From NCBI GenBank assembly GCA_050289825.1, contig JBNKGM010000006.1, positions 13,298 through 77,297 on the forward strand: a stretch of 64,000 bases of DNA, given 5' to 3'. Both the position numbers and the translations under genes were made by a program. Origin of the DNA: Robiginitalea sp. GTDB taxonomy: Bacteria; Bacteroidota; Bacteroidia; Flavobacteriales; Flavobacteriaceae. The notes under the pieces were generated by a model. The model did no database searches. It was not told the origin of the DNA and saw only the letters and a list, made by a program, of their open reading frames with translations. Within the stretch, counting starts at the first letter, position 1, and the number at the start of each line of letters is the position of its first letter. Below, piece after piece: positions 9,737-18,322 of the stretch.

Positions 9737-12037
9737 CTACTCCGTGGGGGGTAGCTTGGACAGGCGGCGTTGCTCCCGTACCTGGGCGTCTACCACCGCC
9801 ACTGCGGTCATGTTTACCATTTCCTCCACGCTGGCGCCCATCTGCAAAACGTGCACAGGCATTCCCAGGCCCAGCATAATGGGGCCAATGGTATCGGAGG
9901 CGTTCAGTTCCTTGATGAGCTTATAGGTGATGTTGGCCGATTCCAGGTTGGGGAAAATAAGCGTATTCACCTCCTTGCCGGCCAGTTTACAAAACGGGAA
10001 ACGGCTTTGGCGCAGGCGCTGGTTCAGTGCAAAATCGGTCTGGATCTCCCCGTCTACCGTCAGGTCGGGATCTTTGGAATGCAGCAGGCGGATGGCTTCC
10101 CGAACCTTCAGTGCCCGCCTGTCGTCAGACGAGCCGAAGTTGGCGTACGACAACAGGGCGATAACCGGTTCTATGTTAAAGGCACGGGCCAGGCGGGCCG
10201 TCATGCGGGTAATCTCGGCCAGTTCCTCTGCCGTGGGGTCAATATTGATGGAGGTATCGGCCAGCAAAAGCGGCCCCCGGGAAGTAATCATCACGTGTAC
10301 GGTGGCAGCCCTGGAAACACCACTCCCCCGCCCGATCGATTCGAAGATGGGCTTCACCACCGAGGGGAAGGCCCGGGAGTATCCGGAGATCATACCGTCG
10401 GCCTCGCCCTGGCGCACCATCATGGCGCCGAAATAATTGCGGGAATGCATGCGGCTGCGCGCCCCGTACAGGGTGCACCCCCGGCGCTGCCTGATCTCCC
10501 AGAACCGCTGGGCGTATTCTTCCCGCTTTTTCAGGGAAGCCTTCTCGTTCTGGTCAATAATGGGCACATCGGCGTCGAATTCGAGCTCCTTCATGAGCTG
10601 TTTGATTATGGCCCGGTTGCCCAGCAATACCGGAAAGGCAATGCCCTCTTCATAGGCGATCTGGGCCGCCTTAAGCACATCCAGTTCGTCGGCCTCTGCA
10701 AAGACGATTTTTTTGGGGGCCGACTTGGCGCGGGTCATGAGCCAGCGCACGATTTTCTTATTGTCGCCCGAACGCTGCAGCAGGTCTTCCCGGTACCGGT
10801 CCCAATCGGCAATCGGGGCGCCGGCCACCCCGCTTGCCATGGCGGCCCGTGCCACCGCGGGGGGCACTTCCGCGATCAGGCGCGGGTCAAAGGGCTTGGG
10901 GATGATATAGTCGCGCCCGAAGGTGAGGCGGGTTTCCCCGTAGGCGATATTTACCTGCTCGGGTACGGGCTGCTTGGCCAGGTCGGCCAGGGCCTTCACG
11001 GCCGCCATTTTCATGGCCTCGTTGATTTTGGTGGCCCGTACGTCTAGGGCTCCCCTGAAAATGAATGGGAAACCGAGCACATTGTTCACCTGGTTCGGAT
11101 GGTCAGAACGGCCGGTGGCCATAATGATGTCTTTCCGGGTTTTCATCGCCAGGGTGTAGTCGATCTCCGGGTCTGGGTTGGCCATGGCAAACACGATGGG
11201 GTTCGGGGCCATGCCCTTGAGCATGGCCGGGGTCACGATGTTCGCTATGGAGAGGCCGATAAACACATCGGCGTTTTTCATGGCCTGCGAGAGAGTGTCA
11301 ATTTTCCGCTCCGTGGCGAATTCCAGTTTCTCGGCAGAAAGGTTCTCACGGTCGCTGCGGATAACCCCTTTGCTGTCGAGCATCACCATATTCTCCCGGC
11401 GGGCACCAAAGGCCCGGTACAACCGGCTGCACGAGATGGCGGCCGCCCCCGCCCCGCTGATCACGATGCGTACCTCTTCAATCTTTTTCCCGGTAATTTC
11501 CAGGGCATTCAAAAGGGCGGCCGACGAGATAATGGCCGTGCCATGCTGGTCGTCGTGCATCACGGGGATGTCGAGTTCTTCCTTCAGCCGCCGCTCGATC
11601 TCGAAGGCCTCCGGAGCCTTGATGTCTTCCAGGTTTATCCCGCCGAAGGTGGGGGCCATAATCTTGACCGTGTTTACGAAGGTGTCTACGTCCTTGGTAT
11701 CGAGCTCGATATCGATCCCGTCGATATCGGCAAAAATCTTGAATAGGAGGCATTTCCCCTCCATGACCGGCTTGGCAGCCTCCGGGCCGATATCGCCCAG
11801 CCCCAGTACGGCAGTCCCATTGGAGATCACGGCCACGATGTTCCCCTTGGCCGTGTATTTATACACATTCTCCCGGTCCTTTTCAATTTCCAGGCAGGGC
11901 TCTGCCACCCCCGGCGAATAGGCCAGGGCCAGGTCGCGCTGGGTCGAATACGGTTTGGTAGGGACGATCTTGATCTTACCGGGTGTCGGTTTGGCGTGAT
12001 AAATGAGGGCTTCACGCCTTTTCTTCTCCTTGCTCAT
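9737..12037 (-). CDS. maeB: NADP-dependent malic enzyme with C-terminal phosphotransacetylase-like domain
   Basis: LAYSPGVAEPC, MHDDQHGTAI and GAGAAA motifs plus the PTA-like domain. Start set at ATG 12037 because TACCTTTG at 12056-12063 overlaps the track's TTG start. Confidence 0.94.
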   Translation of the reverse strand: MSKEKKRREALIYHAKPTPGKIKIVPTKPYSTQRDLALAYSPGVAEPCLEIEKDRENVYKYTAKGNIVAVISNGTAVLGLGDIGPEAAKPVMEGKCLLFKIFADIDGIDIELDTKDVDTFVNTVKIMAPTFGGINLEDIKAPEAFEIERRLKEELDIPVMHDDQHGTAIISSAALLNALEITGKKIEEVRIVISGAGAAAISCSRLYRAFGARRENMVMLDSKGVIRSDRENLSAEKLEFATERKIDTLSQAMKNADVFIGLSIANIVTPAMLKGMAPNPIVFAMANPDPEIDYTLAMKTRKDIIMATGRSDHPNQVNNVLGFPFIFRGALDVRATKINEAMKMAAVKALADLAKQPVPEQVNIAYGETRLTFGRDYIIPKPFDPRLIAEVPPAVARAAMASGVAGAPIADWDRYREDLLQRSGDNKKIVRWLMTRAKSAPKKIVFAEADELDVLKAAQIAYEEGIAFPVLLGNRAIIKQLMKELEFDADVPIIDQNEKASLKKREEYAQRFWEIRQRRGCTLYGARSRMHSRNYFGAMMVRQGEADGMISGYSRAFPSVVKPIFESIGRGSGVSRAATVHVMITSRGPLLLADTSINIDPTAEELAEITRMTARLARAFNIEPVIALLSYANFGSSDDRRALKVREAIRLLHSKDPDLTVDGEIQTDFALNQRLRQSRFPFCKLAGKEVNTLIFPNLESANITYKLIKELNASDTIGPIMLGLGMPVHVLQMGASVEEMVNMTAVAVVDAQVREQRRLSKLPPTE

Positions 12038-12055
12038 ACGGGTAGGCTTGTCTGA

Positions 12056-12063
12056 CAAAGGTA
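12056..12063 (-). promoter_or_regulatory. -7 promoter box (TACCTTTG) for maeB-ruvA-sprA
   Basis: Exact TAnnTTTG match 18 nt upstream of ATG 12037. Confidence 0.55.
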
Positions 12064-12234
12064 CGTGTGACGGATTAAATGGGGTATGGGAATCTCCAGA
12101 AATTTATGAAAGGGCAGGCGCGGGAAGATGGCCCCCGGCCTGACAGGGGTTTGCGGCGATGCGGGGTAACTTGTCGCGGGGGTGGGTGGGGGAACACTAA
12201 AAATTCAAAAACTCCGCTTCACGCCCCTTGCAGG

Positions 12235-13557
12235 TCAGCTGCCTTCTGCCACCTCGGCCTGGGCCTTTTTCAGGTTCAGCCTGAGGGCCAGCACACTCGC
12301 AATGGCAAAAAAGGTGCCTGCAAACAGCATGGCATTCACCGAGCTCTCGCCCAACAGGTTTTTATAGATGGGGCCGAACGACAGCGTTTCCAGCCCCATG
12401 GGGATAACGATCATCATATTGAGAATACCCATATACACCCCGCGTCTTTCCTGGGGCACGATCCTGGAAACCATGCTGTAGGGAATGCCCATCATGGCTG
12501 CCCAGCCAATGCCGAAAAATACCATGGGGAAGAGGACGTAAACCGGGTCTGTGATATGCGGGATAATGAAAAGCGCCAGAGCGGTGCCCAGCAAGCTGAG
12601 CGCATAGACCTTTTTACCCCCGAAACGCATGGTGAGCGGCACCAGCACGAGCGCCACCACGGTGGTGACGATGTTGTACGTGGTGCTCATTTTGGCCGCC
12701 TGTGCTGCCGCTTGGGAGGTATCAAAGCCCATAGTGGTGCGAAAAAGCGGGGTGATGAATTGCCAATATATAAACAGGGCGTACCACTGGAATAGGTAGA
12801 CCCCGGCCAGCTTCCACATGAATTTAGGCATCTCCTTAACCGCGTGGCTGATCTCGATGAACGGAATCTTGAACCGCTCCGAAAAGGGCAGGGAACGGTG
12901 TCTGCGAATGACCTCCATCTCACCCTGACTGGGCGGAATCTCCGGCGTTTTGAGCACCGACCACAAAATGGTAGCCAATGAGAGGAAGGAGCCTATAAAA
13001 AACGAGTAATACAGCCATTTGGGCACCTGACCGGAAATTTCCTCTCCCCCGCCAAACCAATCCTGGAACAAAAAAATGGACGCATTGGCCAGCAAGATGC
13101 CTCCGCCCACAAAGAGGCTCTGCATCTGGTAACCCAGGCTCATCTGCTGGTCGGGAAGCTTATCCCCCACAAAGGCGCGGTAGGGTTCCATGGCCATGTT
13201 GTTGCCCACGTCCAGAATCCAGAGCAGGCCCACGGCAAACCAGAGGGCCGGGCTCATGGGAAACAGGAAAAGGCAGATGCTGCCCAGCAGGGCCCCGATC
13301 AGGAAAAAGGGCTTTCTTCGCCCCCACCGCGGCGACCAGGTTTTGTCGGAAATGGCGCCGATGAGGGGTTGTACGACAAGGCCTGTAACCGGTCCTGCTA
13401 TATTTAAAATGGGCAGGATCTCTTCTTTGGCACCCAGGAATAGAAAAATGGGGTTGATCGCGCTCTGCTGCAGCCCAAAACTATATTGTATCCCCAGGAA
13501 GCCGACATTCATGTTGAATATCTGCCAAAAGCTCAGTTTTGGTTTTGGTATGCCCAT
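12235..13557 (-). CDS. MFS sugar transporter (SLC45 / maltose-sucrose-like)
   Basis: LSFWQIFNMNVGFLGIQYSFGLQQ, IGAISDKTWSPRWGRRKPF; 12-TM hydrophobicity pattern. Confidence 0.85.
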   Translation of the reverse strand: MGIPKPKLSFWQIFNMNVGFLGIQYSFGLQQSAINPIFLFLGAKEEILPILNIAGPVTGLVVQPLIGAISDKTWSPRWGRRKPFFLIGALLGSICLFLFPMSPALWFAVGLLWILDVGNNMAMEPYRAFVGDKLPDQQMSLGYQMQSLFVGGGILLANASIFLFQDWFGGGEEISGQVPKWLYYSFFIGSFLSLATILWSVLKTPEIPPSQGEMEVIRRHRSLPFSERFKIPFIEISHAVKEMPKFMWKLAGVYLFQWYALFIYWQFITPLFRTTMGFDTSQAAAQAAKMSTTYNIVTTVVALVLVPLTMRFGGKKVYALSLLGTALALFIIPHITDPVYVLFPMVFFGIGWAAMMGIPYSMVSRIVPQERRGVYMGILNMMIVIPMGLETLSFGPIYKNLLGESSVNAMLFAGTFFAIASVLALRLNLKKAQAEVAEGS

Positions 13558-13666
13558 ACGTTTGGTTGGTTAGGATTCCCAATATAGGAGATTCTGCGTT
13601 TTATTGCCCCAGACCGGAACAAAAAGTGCCCTGGAAGGGCCACGCAAACGTTGTAGTCTGAAGCGT

Positions 13667-14614
13667 TTATTCCTTCAAAAAGCGAATGTTGCGCGTTAAC
13701 CCCTCGAATTTGGTGCGCATGACTGCCGATTTCGGAAACAGCCCTGCGAAGACCTCGGCTGTTAATTCCTCCCAGTCGCCCCGGCTCATTTCCAGCAATG
13801 CTTGTTTGGGTTTAAAGCGGGGTTCCTGGTGCGGCTTTGAGAAGCGGTTCCAAGGACAGACGTCCTGGCATACATCGCATCCGAAGACCCAGTCTTCCCA
13901 TCCCCCTTTGAATTCAGTTGGAATCTGATTTTTAAGCTCGATGGTGAAATAGGATATGCAACGGCTCCCGTCCACAACGTAGGGCTGCACAATGGCCTGG
14001 GTCGGGCATGCGTCGAGGCATGCCGTGCAGGTGCCGCAATGGTCGGTCACAGGGCCGTCGGCCTCCAGTTCCAGGTCGATAATAAGCTCGGCGATAAAAT
14101 AGAACGATCCTACCTCCTTGGTGAGCAGGTTCGAGTTCTTGCCGATCCATCCCAGCCCGCTCCGGGCTGCCCAGGCCTTGTCGAGCACGGGGGCCGAATC
14201 GACAAAGGCCCGCCCGTGCACCTGGCCGATTTCGGTGGTAATAAAGGCGAGTAGTTCCTTTAGTTTGTCTTTGATTACCCGGTGGTAATCTTCCCCATAG
14301 GCGTATTTGGAAACCTGGTAGGTATCGGCCTGCTGCCGCTGCCCAGGGAAATAATTCAGCAGTAGGGAAACCACCGAACGTGCCCCCGGAACGAGCTTGC
14401 GCGGGTCCAGGCGCAGGTCGAAATGGTTCTCCATGTACCCCATCTCCCCGTGCATGCCCTTTCGGAGCCATTGCTCCAGACGCGGGGCTTCTTCTTCCAG
14501 AAACTCCGCCTTCGAGATCCCACAGGCCAGGAACCCCAGGCGTTGTGCCTCGGCTTTGATCATCCGGCTGTAGGTGGAAGGGCCCATGTCCCGAAGGTAC
14601 GCCTTCCCGGCCAT
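13667..14614 (-). CDS. queG: tRNA epoxyqueuosine(34) reductase
   Basis: [18 protein letters not shown] and two Fe-S motifs ([12 protein letters not shown]; [12 protein letters not shown]). The start may instead be ATG 14587. Confidence 0.95.
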   Translation of the reverse strand: MAGKAYLRDMGPSTYSRMIKAEAQRLGFLACGISKAEFLEEEAPRLEQWLRKGMHGEMGYMENHFDLRLDPRKLVPGARSVVSLLLNYFPGQRQQADTYQVSKYAYGEDYHRVIKDKLKELLAFITTEIGQVHGRAFVDSAPVLDKAWAARSGLGWIGKNSNLLTKEVGSFYFIAELIIDLELEADGPVTDHCGTCTACLDACPTQAIVQPYVVDGSRCISYFTIELKNQIPTEFKGGWEDWVFGCDVCQDVCPWNRFSKPHQEPRFKPKQALLEMSRGDWEELTAEVFAGLFPKSAVMRTKFEGLTRNIRFLKE

Positions 14615-14662
14615 TCACAAAAACCCGACCCGGCCCGGGGCAGGCAACAGGCAGTGCCCCGG

Positions 14663-15238
14663 TCAGGAGGTCGGTGGCCGGTAGGCTGGTACCACGTTGT
14701 CGATGGGCTTGAGTGTTTTCAGGTACAGAAAGATCGCCTCCAGATCCTGGTCGGAGTAATTCCTGAAATTCTGCCAGGGCATGGGCGGCATCAACGGGCG
14801 GCTGTTCTCGAGTCCCTTGTACTTTCCTTCCCGCAAGGCCCGCTTGAATTGTTCGAGGGTCCAGGTGCCCAGACCAGAGGCATGCGGAGTCAGGTTGGCC
14901 GCAAAGGAAGTTCCCCAGGGGCCCACCGTAGCTGTGAGATCCGGGTTAAAGAGGATCCAGGGGGCGTTGGCCATTGCTTCGGGGACCGGAGGCAGGGAAT
15001 CGGTGGCCGGGAACCCCATGAGGTAGCGGTCCATATCCGGCACCGGGCCCTGATCGGTCATAATTTTGGGCGAGTGGCAATCGGCACATCCCGTGGAGGT
15101 AACCAGGTACTCGCCCCGGCTGACCAGTTCTTCCGGGGTCATTGCCCCGGCTTCCGCAGATTCTTTGGCCTCCGGACCGTTACAGGCCAATCCGAGCAGG
15201 GCAACGGAAATCAGCAATTCAATTCCTTTGATTTTCAT
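14663..15238 (-). CDS. c-type cytochrome lipoprotein (one CxxCH)
   Basis: Lipobox LGLAC, RGEYLV...GCADCHSP heme motif, MPPMPW candidate Met ligand. Start moved to ATG 15238, downstream of a TACATTTA box. Confidence 0.85.
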   Translation of the reverse strand: MKIKGIELLISVALLGLACNGPEAKESAEAGAMTPEELVSRGEYLVTSTGCADCHSPKIMTDQGPVPDMDRYLMGFPATDSLPPVPEAMANAPWILFNPDLTATVGPWGTSFAANLTPHASGLGTWTLEQFKRALREGKYKGLENSRPLMPPMPWQNFRNYSDQDLEAIFLYLKTLKPIDNVVPAYRPPTS

Positions 15239-15372
15239 AGTGGTATGGTATTGTCGGTTGTTTTTAATATAAATGTAGCATTTTGGTGTCAATCCTTTAT
15301 GTAGGAAAAAGATGTCAAGATCCATGGTTTGAATTCGTTATTTGACCCGGAGGTATCCCGCTCAGGCCCCGG

Positions 15373-15412
15373 AAATAAAAATGCCCTGAGGTCCGTTTGG
15401 CCTCAGGGCATT
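15373..15412 (-). terminator. Intrinsic terminator after the DsrE-family pair
   Basis: 12-bp stem AATGCCCTGAGG/CCTCAGGGCATT followed by a T-rich tail on the minus strand. Confidence 0.75.
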
Positions 15413-15445
15413 CTCAGGGTTTGGAACGCAAAGGTCAGGCCACTG

Positions 15446-15859
15446 CTACCGGACTTCCTTTACATACCCCCACCCCTGCTGCTGTCTGATGACGATCTCA
15501 TAAATGCCGTCAGGGACGGTGGTGACCCCCGGTATCAGGTCATCCACAGTCAGGTTGTGGCGCTTGAGGGATTGTTCACATACCACGACCGACACATTGG
15601 GCAATTTGACCACCTGCGCCAGGGTTTCTCCGGCGGCGGATTCCTTCTTGTCGACCATCTTGTAAGCCGCACTGTATATGACCATCTCGAACTGCGAATC
15701 GGGATAGGCCTCCGACATCAGCCGTAGGTGCCGGGCTGCGGTGCGGTGCACCTCCGGGCTTTCGCTGCTCACGTCCAGGACGAGCTTGATCGGCGTTTGC
15801 TGAGCGCTCAGACCCCATGCCAGCAAGCATCCAAGCAGTGACAATACGATTTTCTTCAT
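15446..15859 (-). CDS. DsrE-family protein with Sec signal peptide
   Basis: KLVLDVSS...VVVCEQSLKRHNL...VPDGIYEIVIRQQQGWGYVK, a COG1416/DsrE-like pattern. Confidence 0.8.
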   Translation of the reverse strand: MKKIVLSLLGCLLAWGLSAQQTPIKLVLDVSSESPEVHRTAARHLRLMSEAYPDSQFEMVIYSAAYKMVDKKESAAGETLAQVVKLPNVSVVVCEQSLKRHNLTVDDLIPGVTTVPDGIYEIVIRQQQGWGYVKEVR

Positions 15860-15883
15860 CTTCTTAGGTTTAATGGTTCCGAA

Positions 15884-16561
15884 TCAGCCCCCTGCGTATA
15901 TATAGCCGCAGCCGTGTTCCTGGGCACGCCCCAAAGCCCATACCCCTGAGGGTACAACCTGTATGTCTGGCAAGACGGAGGCCACCCATTCTTCATAGAC
16001 TTCCTTGGGGTCGAGCCCCATTTGCTGGGCTGCTGCGCCGCTGTACACGCTCAGTGCCAGGTTGCAAACGCAGAACAGGGCGCCGCGCCCCTGCATTTCC
16101 TTGATGCCCTGGATTATCGGCAGCGGAAAATCGCCTTCCTGCGGTTCGTAGTACGGGTTCCGCTCGGCCGGGGCCTGGGTCTTGTTGTCGTCTACATGAA
16201 ACATGGCGCCCAACTTGTACTTCTTCCAAAGATCAGAATGAAGTGCCAGGGGAATGGCATCGTGCCGCAGCACGGTCATGGCGGTAATATCATCATCCGC
16301 GGAGCCCGTTTCGTTGTTGGTCAGGTAAAAGGCAAAGTTCCAGATAACCGGGAAACCGTGGTAGGCACTCGAGCCGTCGTAAACGACACGGTGCGAACCC
16401 TTGATCTTGTTAAACCAGTCGTCGCTGTCGTTCATCATGCCTGGGCCTGGTTCGGCCATGCCCGCATAGAGCGGGTTGGTAAAGGCCGAGAGGGTACCGG
16501 CCGTGGCGCCCATCATTACGGCGCCCATAAATTTGCGTCTTGAATTCAGATTTGATTCCAT
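15884..16561 (-). CDS. Tat-exported protein with DsrE-like C-terminal region
   Basis: SRRKFMG twin-arginine motif. C-terminal FCVCNLAL...VVPSGVWALGRAQEHGCGY parallels the DsrE motif of the neighbouring gene. Confidence 0.7.
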   Translation of the reverse strand: MESNLNSRRKFMGAVMMGATAGTLSAFTNPLYAGMAEPGPGMMNDSDDWFNKIKGSHRVVYDGSSAYHGFPVIWNFAFYLTNNETGSADDDITAMTVLRHDAIPLALHSDLWKKYKLGAMFHVDDNKTQAPAERNPYYEPQEGDFPLPIIQGIKEMQGRGALFCVCNLALSVYSGAAAQQMGLDPKEVYEEWVASVLPDIQVVPSGVWALGRAQEHGCGYIYAGG

Positions 16562-16678
16562 AGTTGCTTGATTGAATTAATTGGACTTAGTGATATTGAA
16601 TTGGTTCTTGTAATAGGCTAAAAGGGATTGATATGGCCCCTTATGGGGTTGTTCGGCCGGGAAGGGGATGGCCGTGGG

Positions 16679-16707
16679 TCCTAATGATGCCACAAAGCTC
16701 CTAATGA
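16679..16707 (-). promoter_or_regulatory. Candidate operator: TCATTAGGA-N11-TCATTAGGA direct repeat
   Basis: Perfect 9-bp direct repeat with 20-bp period, about 120 bp upstream of the Tat-DsrE gene. Confidence 0.4.
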
Positions 16708-17124
16708 CAGATATGACCTGGAGAGCTGATGCTCAAGTCGGCTTTCCATGGATTGCAATTTGATGGGTTGATAGGCAGATACCTGCTTATGTTTTCAAGC
16801 TACATCTGAGATTACCTCCCCTTGAAAAACGCCCATCCTTTTTGGACTAAAGGGGATACCTGATCGGTTGCAGACCTGAAAGTATACCAGGGTTTGCAAG
16901 GGATCTGGAGATCTGAAGAATCGGGATAATGAAATATAGCAAAAACGCCGTGAATCGACAAGAGATTCCGGGTTAATTCCTTATATATCAAGATTTTTGA
17001 CCTGAGCTTTGGCCTGATCGGCATCTATACAACCTACCCCAGAATTACGATAGGAATGCTGGGGGATTACAGCGAAAAGGGGTACATTTTGGGTCGTGGG
17101 TGGGGGCCAGGGTCGTTATCCCGA

Positions 17125-18147
17125 TCAGAACAATCCTTGCTGTTGGCTCCCGGGCAACCGGCCCAGGTGCTTATACGCAAGTTCTGTTACTTCCCGCCCG
17201 CGCGGGGTGCGCATAATAAAGCCCTGCTGGATCAGGAAGGGCTCGTACACCTCTTCGATGGTCTCGGCATTTTCCGAAACCGCCGTGGCCAGGGTCGAAA
17301 TCCCCACCGGGCCGCCTTTGAATTTATCGATGATGGTGGCGAGGATCTTGTTATCCATCTCGTCGAGGCCATAGGCATCAACATTCAGGGCTTTCAGGCT
17401 AAAGCGCGAAATAGCCATGTCGATTTCCCCATTGCCTTTGATCTGTGCAAAATCGCGCACCCGCCGAAGCAGGGCGTTGCTGATGCGAGGGGTGCCCCGG
17501 CTGCGGCCGGCGATCTCAATGGCCGCGTCTTCCGAAATCTGCACTTTCAGGATTTCGGCCGAGCGCTGTACAATGGTAGACAGGAGTTCGGTATGGTAGT
17601 ATTCCAGGCGGCAGGCAATCCCGAAACGGGCACGCATGGGGGCTGTAAGCAGCCCCGAACGGGTGGTGGCCCCTACCAGGGTAAATGGGTTCAGGTTTAT
17701 TTGTACCGACCGGGCATTGGGCCCGCTCTCGATCATGATGTCGATCTTGAAGTCTTCCATGGCCGAATACAGGTATTCCTCCACCACCGGGCTCAGCCGG
17801 TGTATCTCATCGATAAAGAGCACGTCGCGCGGCTCCAGGTTGGTAAGCAGCCCGGCCAGGTCTCCGGGTTTATCCAGCACAGGGCCCGAAGTTACCTTGA
17901 GGCCCACCCCCAACTCATTGGCCAAGATGTGGGCCAGGGTTGTTTTCCCGAGCCCCGGCGGGCCGTGCAGCAGCGTGTGGTCCAGGGCGTCCTGCCTCAG
18001 GTTGGCTGCCTGTACGAAGATTTTCAGATTGTCGAGCACCTGGGCTTGCCCGGTAAAATCGTCAAACGATACCGGCCTGAGGGCCCGTTCTATGTCGAGG
18101 TCCTCTGAAGACAAATGATCGGCTGACGGGTCAAGGTGTTCGTTCAT
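17125..18147 (-). CDS. ruvB: Holliday junction branch migration ATPase RuvB
   Basis: Walker [26 protein letters not shown]. Start moved to ATG 18147 (TATCTTTG box at 18155-18162). Confidence 0.97.
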   Translation of the reverse strand: MNEHLDPSADHLSSEDLDIERALRPVSFDDFTGQAQVLDNLKIFVQAANLRQDALDHTLLHGPPGLGKTTLAHILANELGVGLKVTSGPVLDKPGDLAGLLTNLEPRDVLFIDEIHRLSPVVEEYLYSAMEDFKIDIMIESGPNARSVQINLNPFTLVGATTRSGLLTAPMRARFGIACRLEYYHTELLSTIVQRSAEILKVQISEDAAIEIAGRSRGTPRISNALLRRVRDFAQIKGNGEIDMAISRFSLKALNVDAYGLDEMDNKILATIIDKFKGGPVGISTLATAVSENAETIEEVYEPFLIQQGFIMRTPRGREVTELAYKHLGRLPGSQQQGLF

Positions 18148-18322
18148 GGTTAAACAAAGATAACAAACCGGCCGGTTCTGGAAGGTGCGGGTCTTAAACT
18201 TTGGCGGTCCTTGATTTTTATCATATTTTAAACATGAAAAGTACTGAATCTTTGTTCCAGAGGGGTTCCGGCTCCCCCCGGCCCGTAAAGCAAGCAACTA
18301 TCATAAATCCTAATTTCAATAC

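Noticed and set aside
16806-16867. TPP-riboswitch-like fragments (CTGAGATTACC ... ACCTGATC)
   Set aside because: The spacing is wrong, the 3' conserved elements are missing, and there is no plus-strand gene downstream.
16812-17024. 70-aa ORF in the AT-richer spacer downstream of ruvB
   Set aside because: No motif, signal or promoter support.
17125-18297. Long N-terminal extensions in the ORF track for ruvB (also rimP, cutC, the monooxygenase, the cytochrome c and SPOR)
   Set aside because: Promoter-like boxes lie inside these extensions and family homology starts at the downstream ATG.
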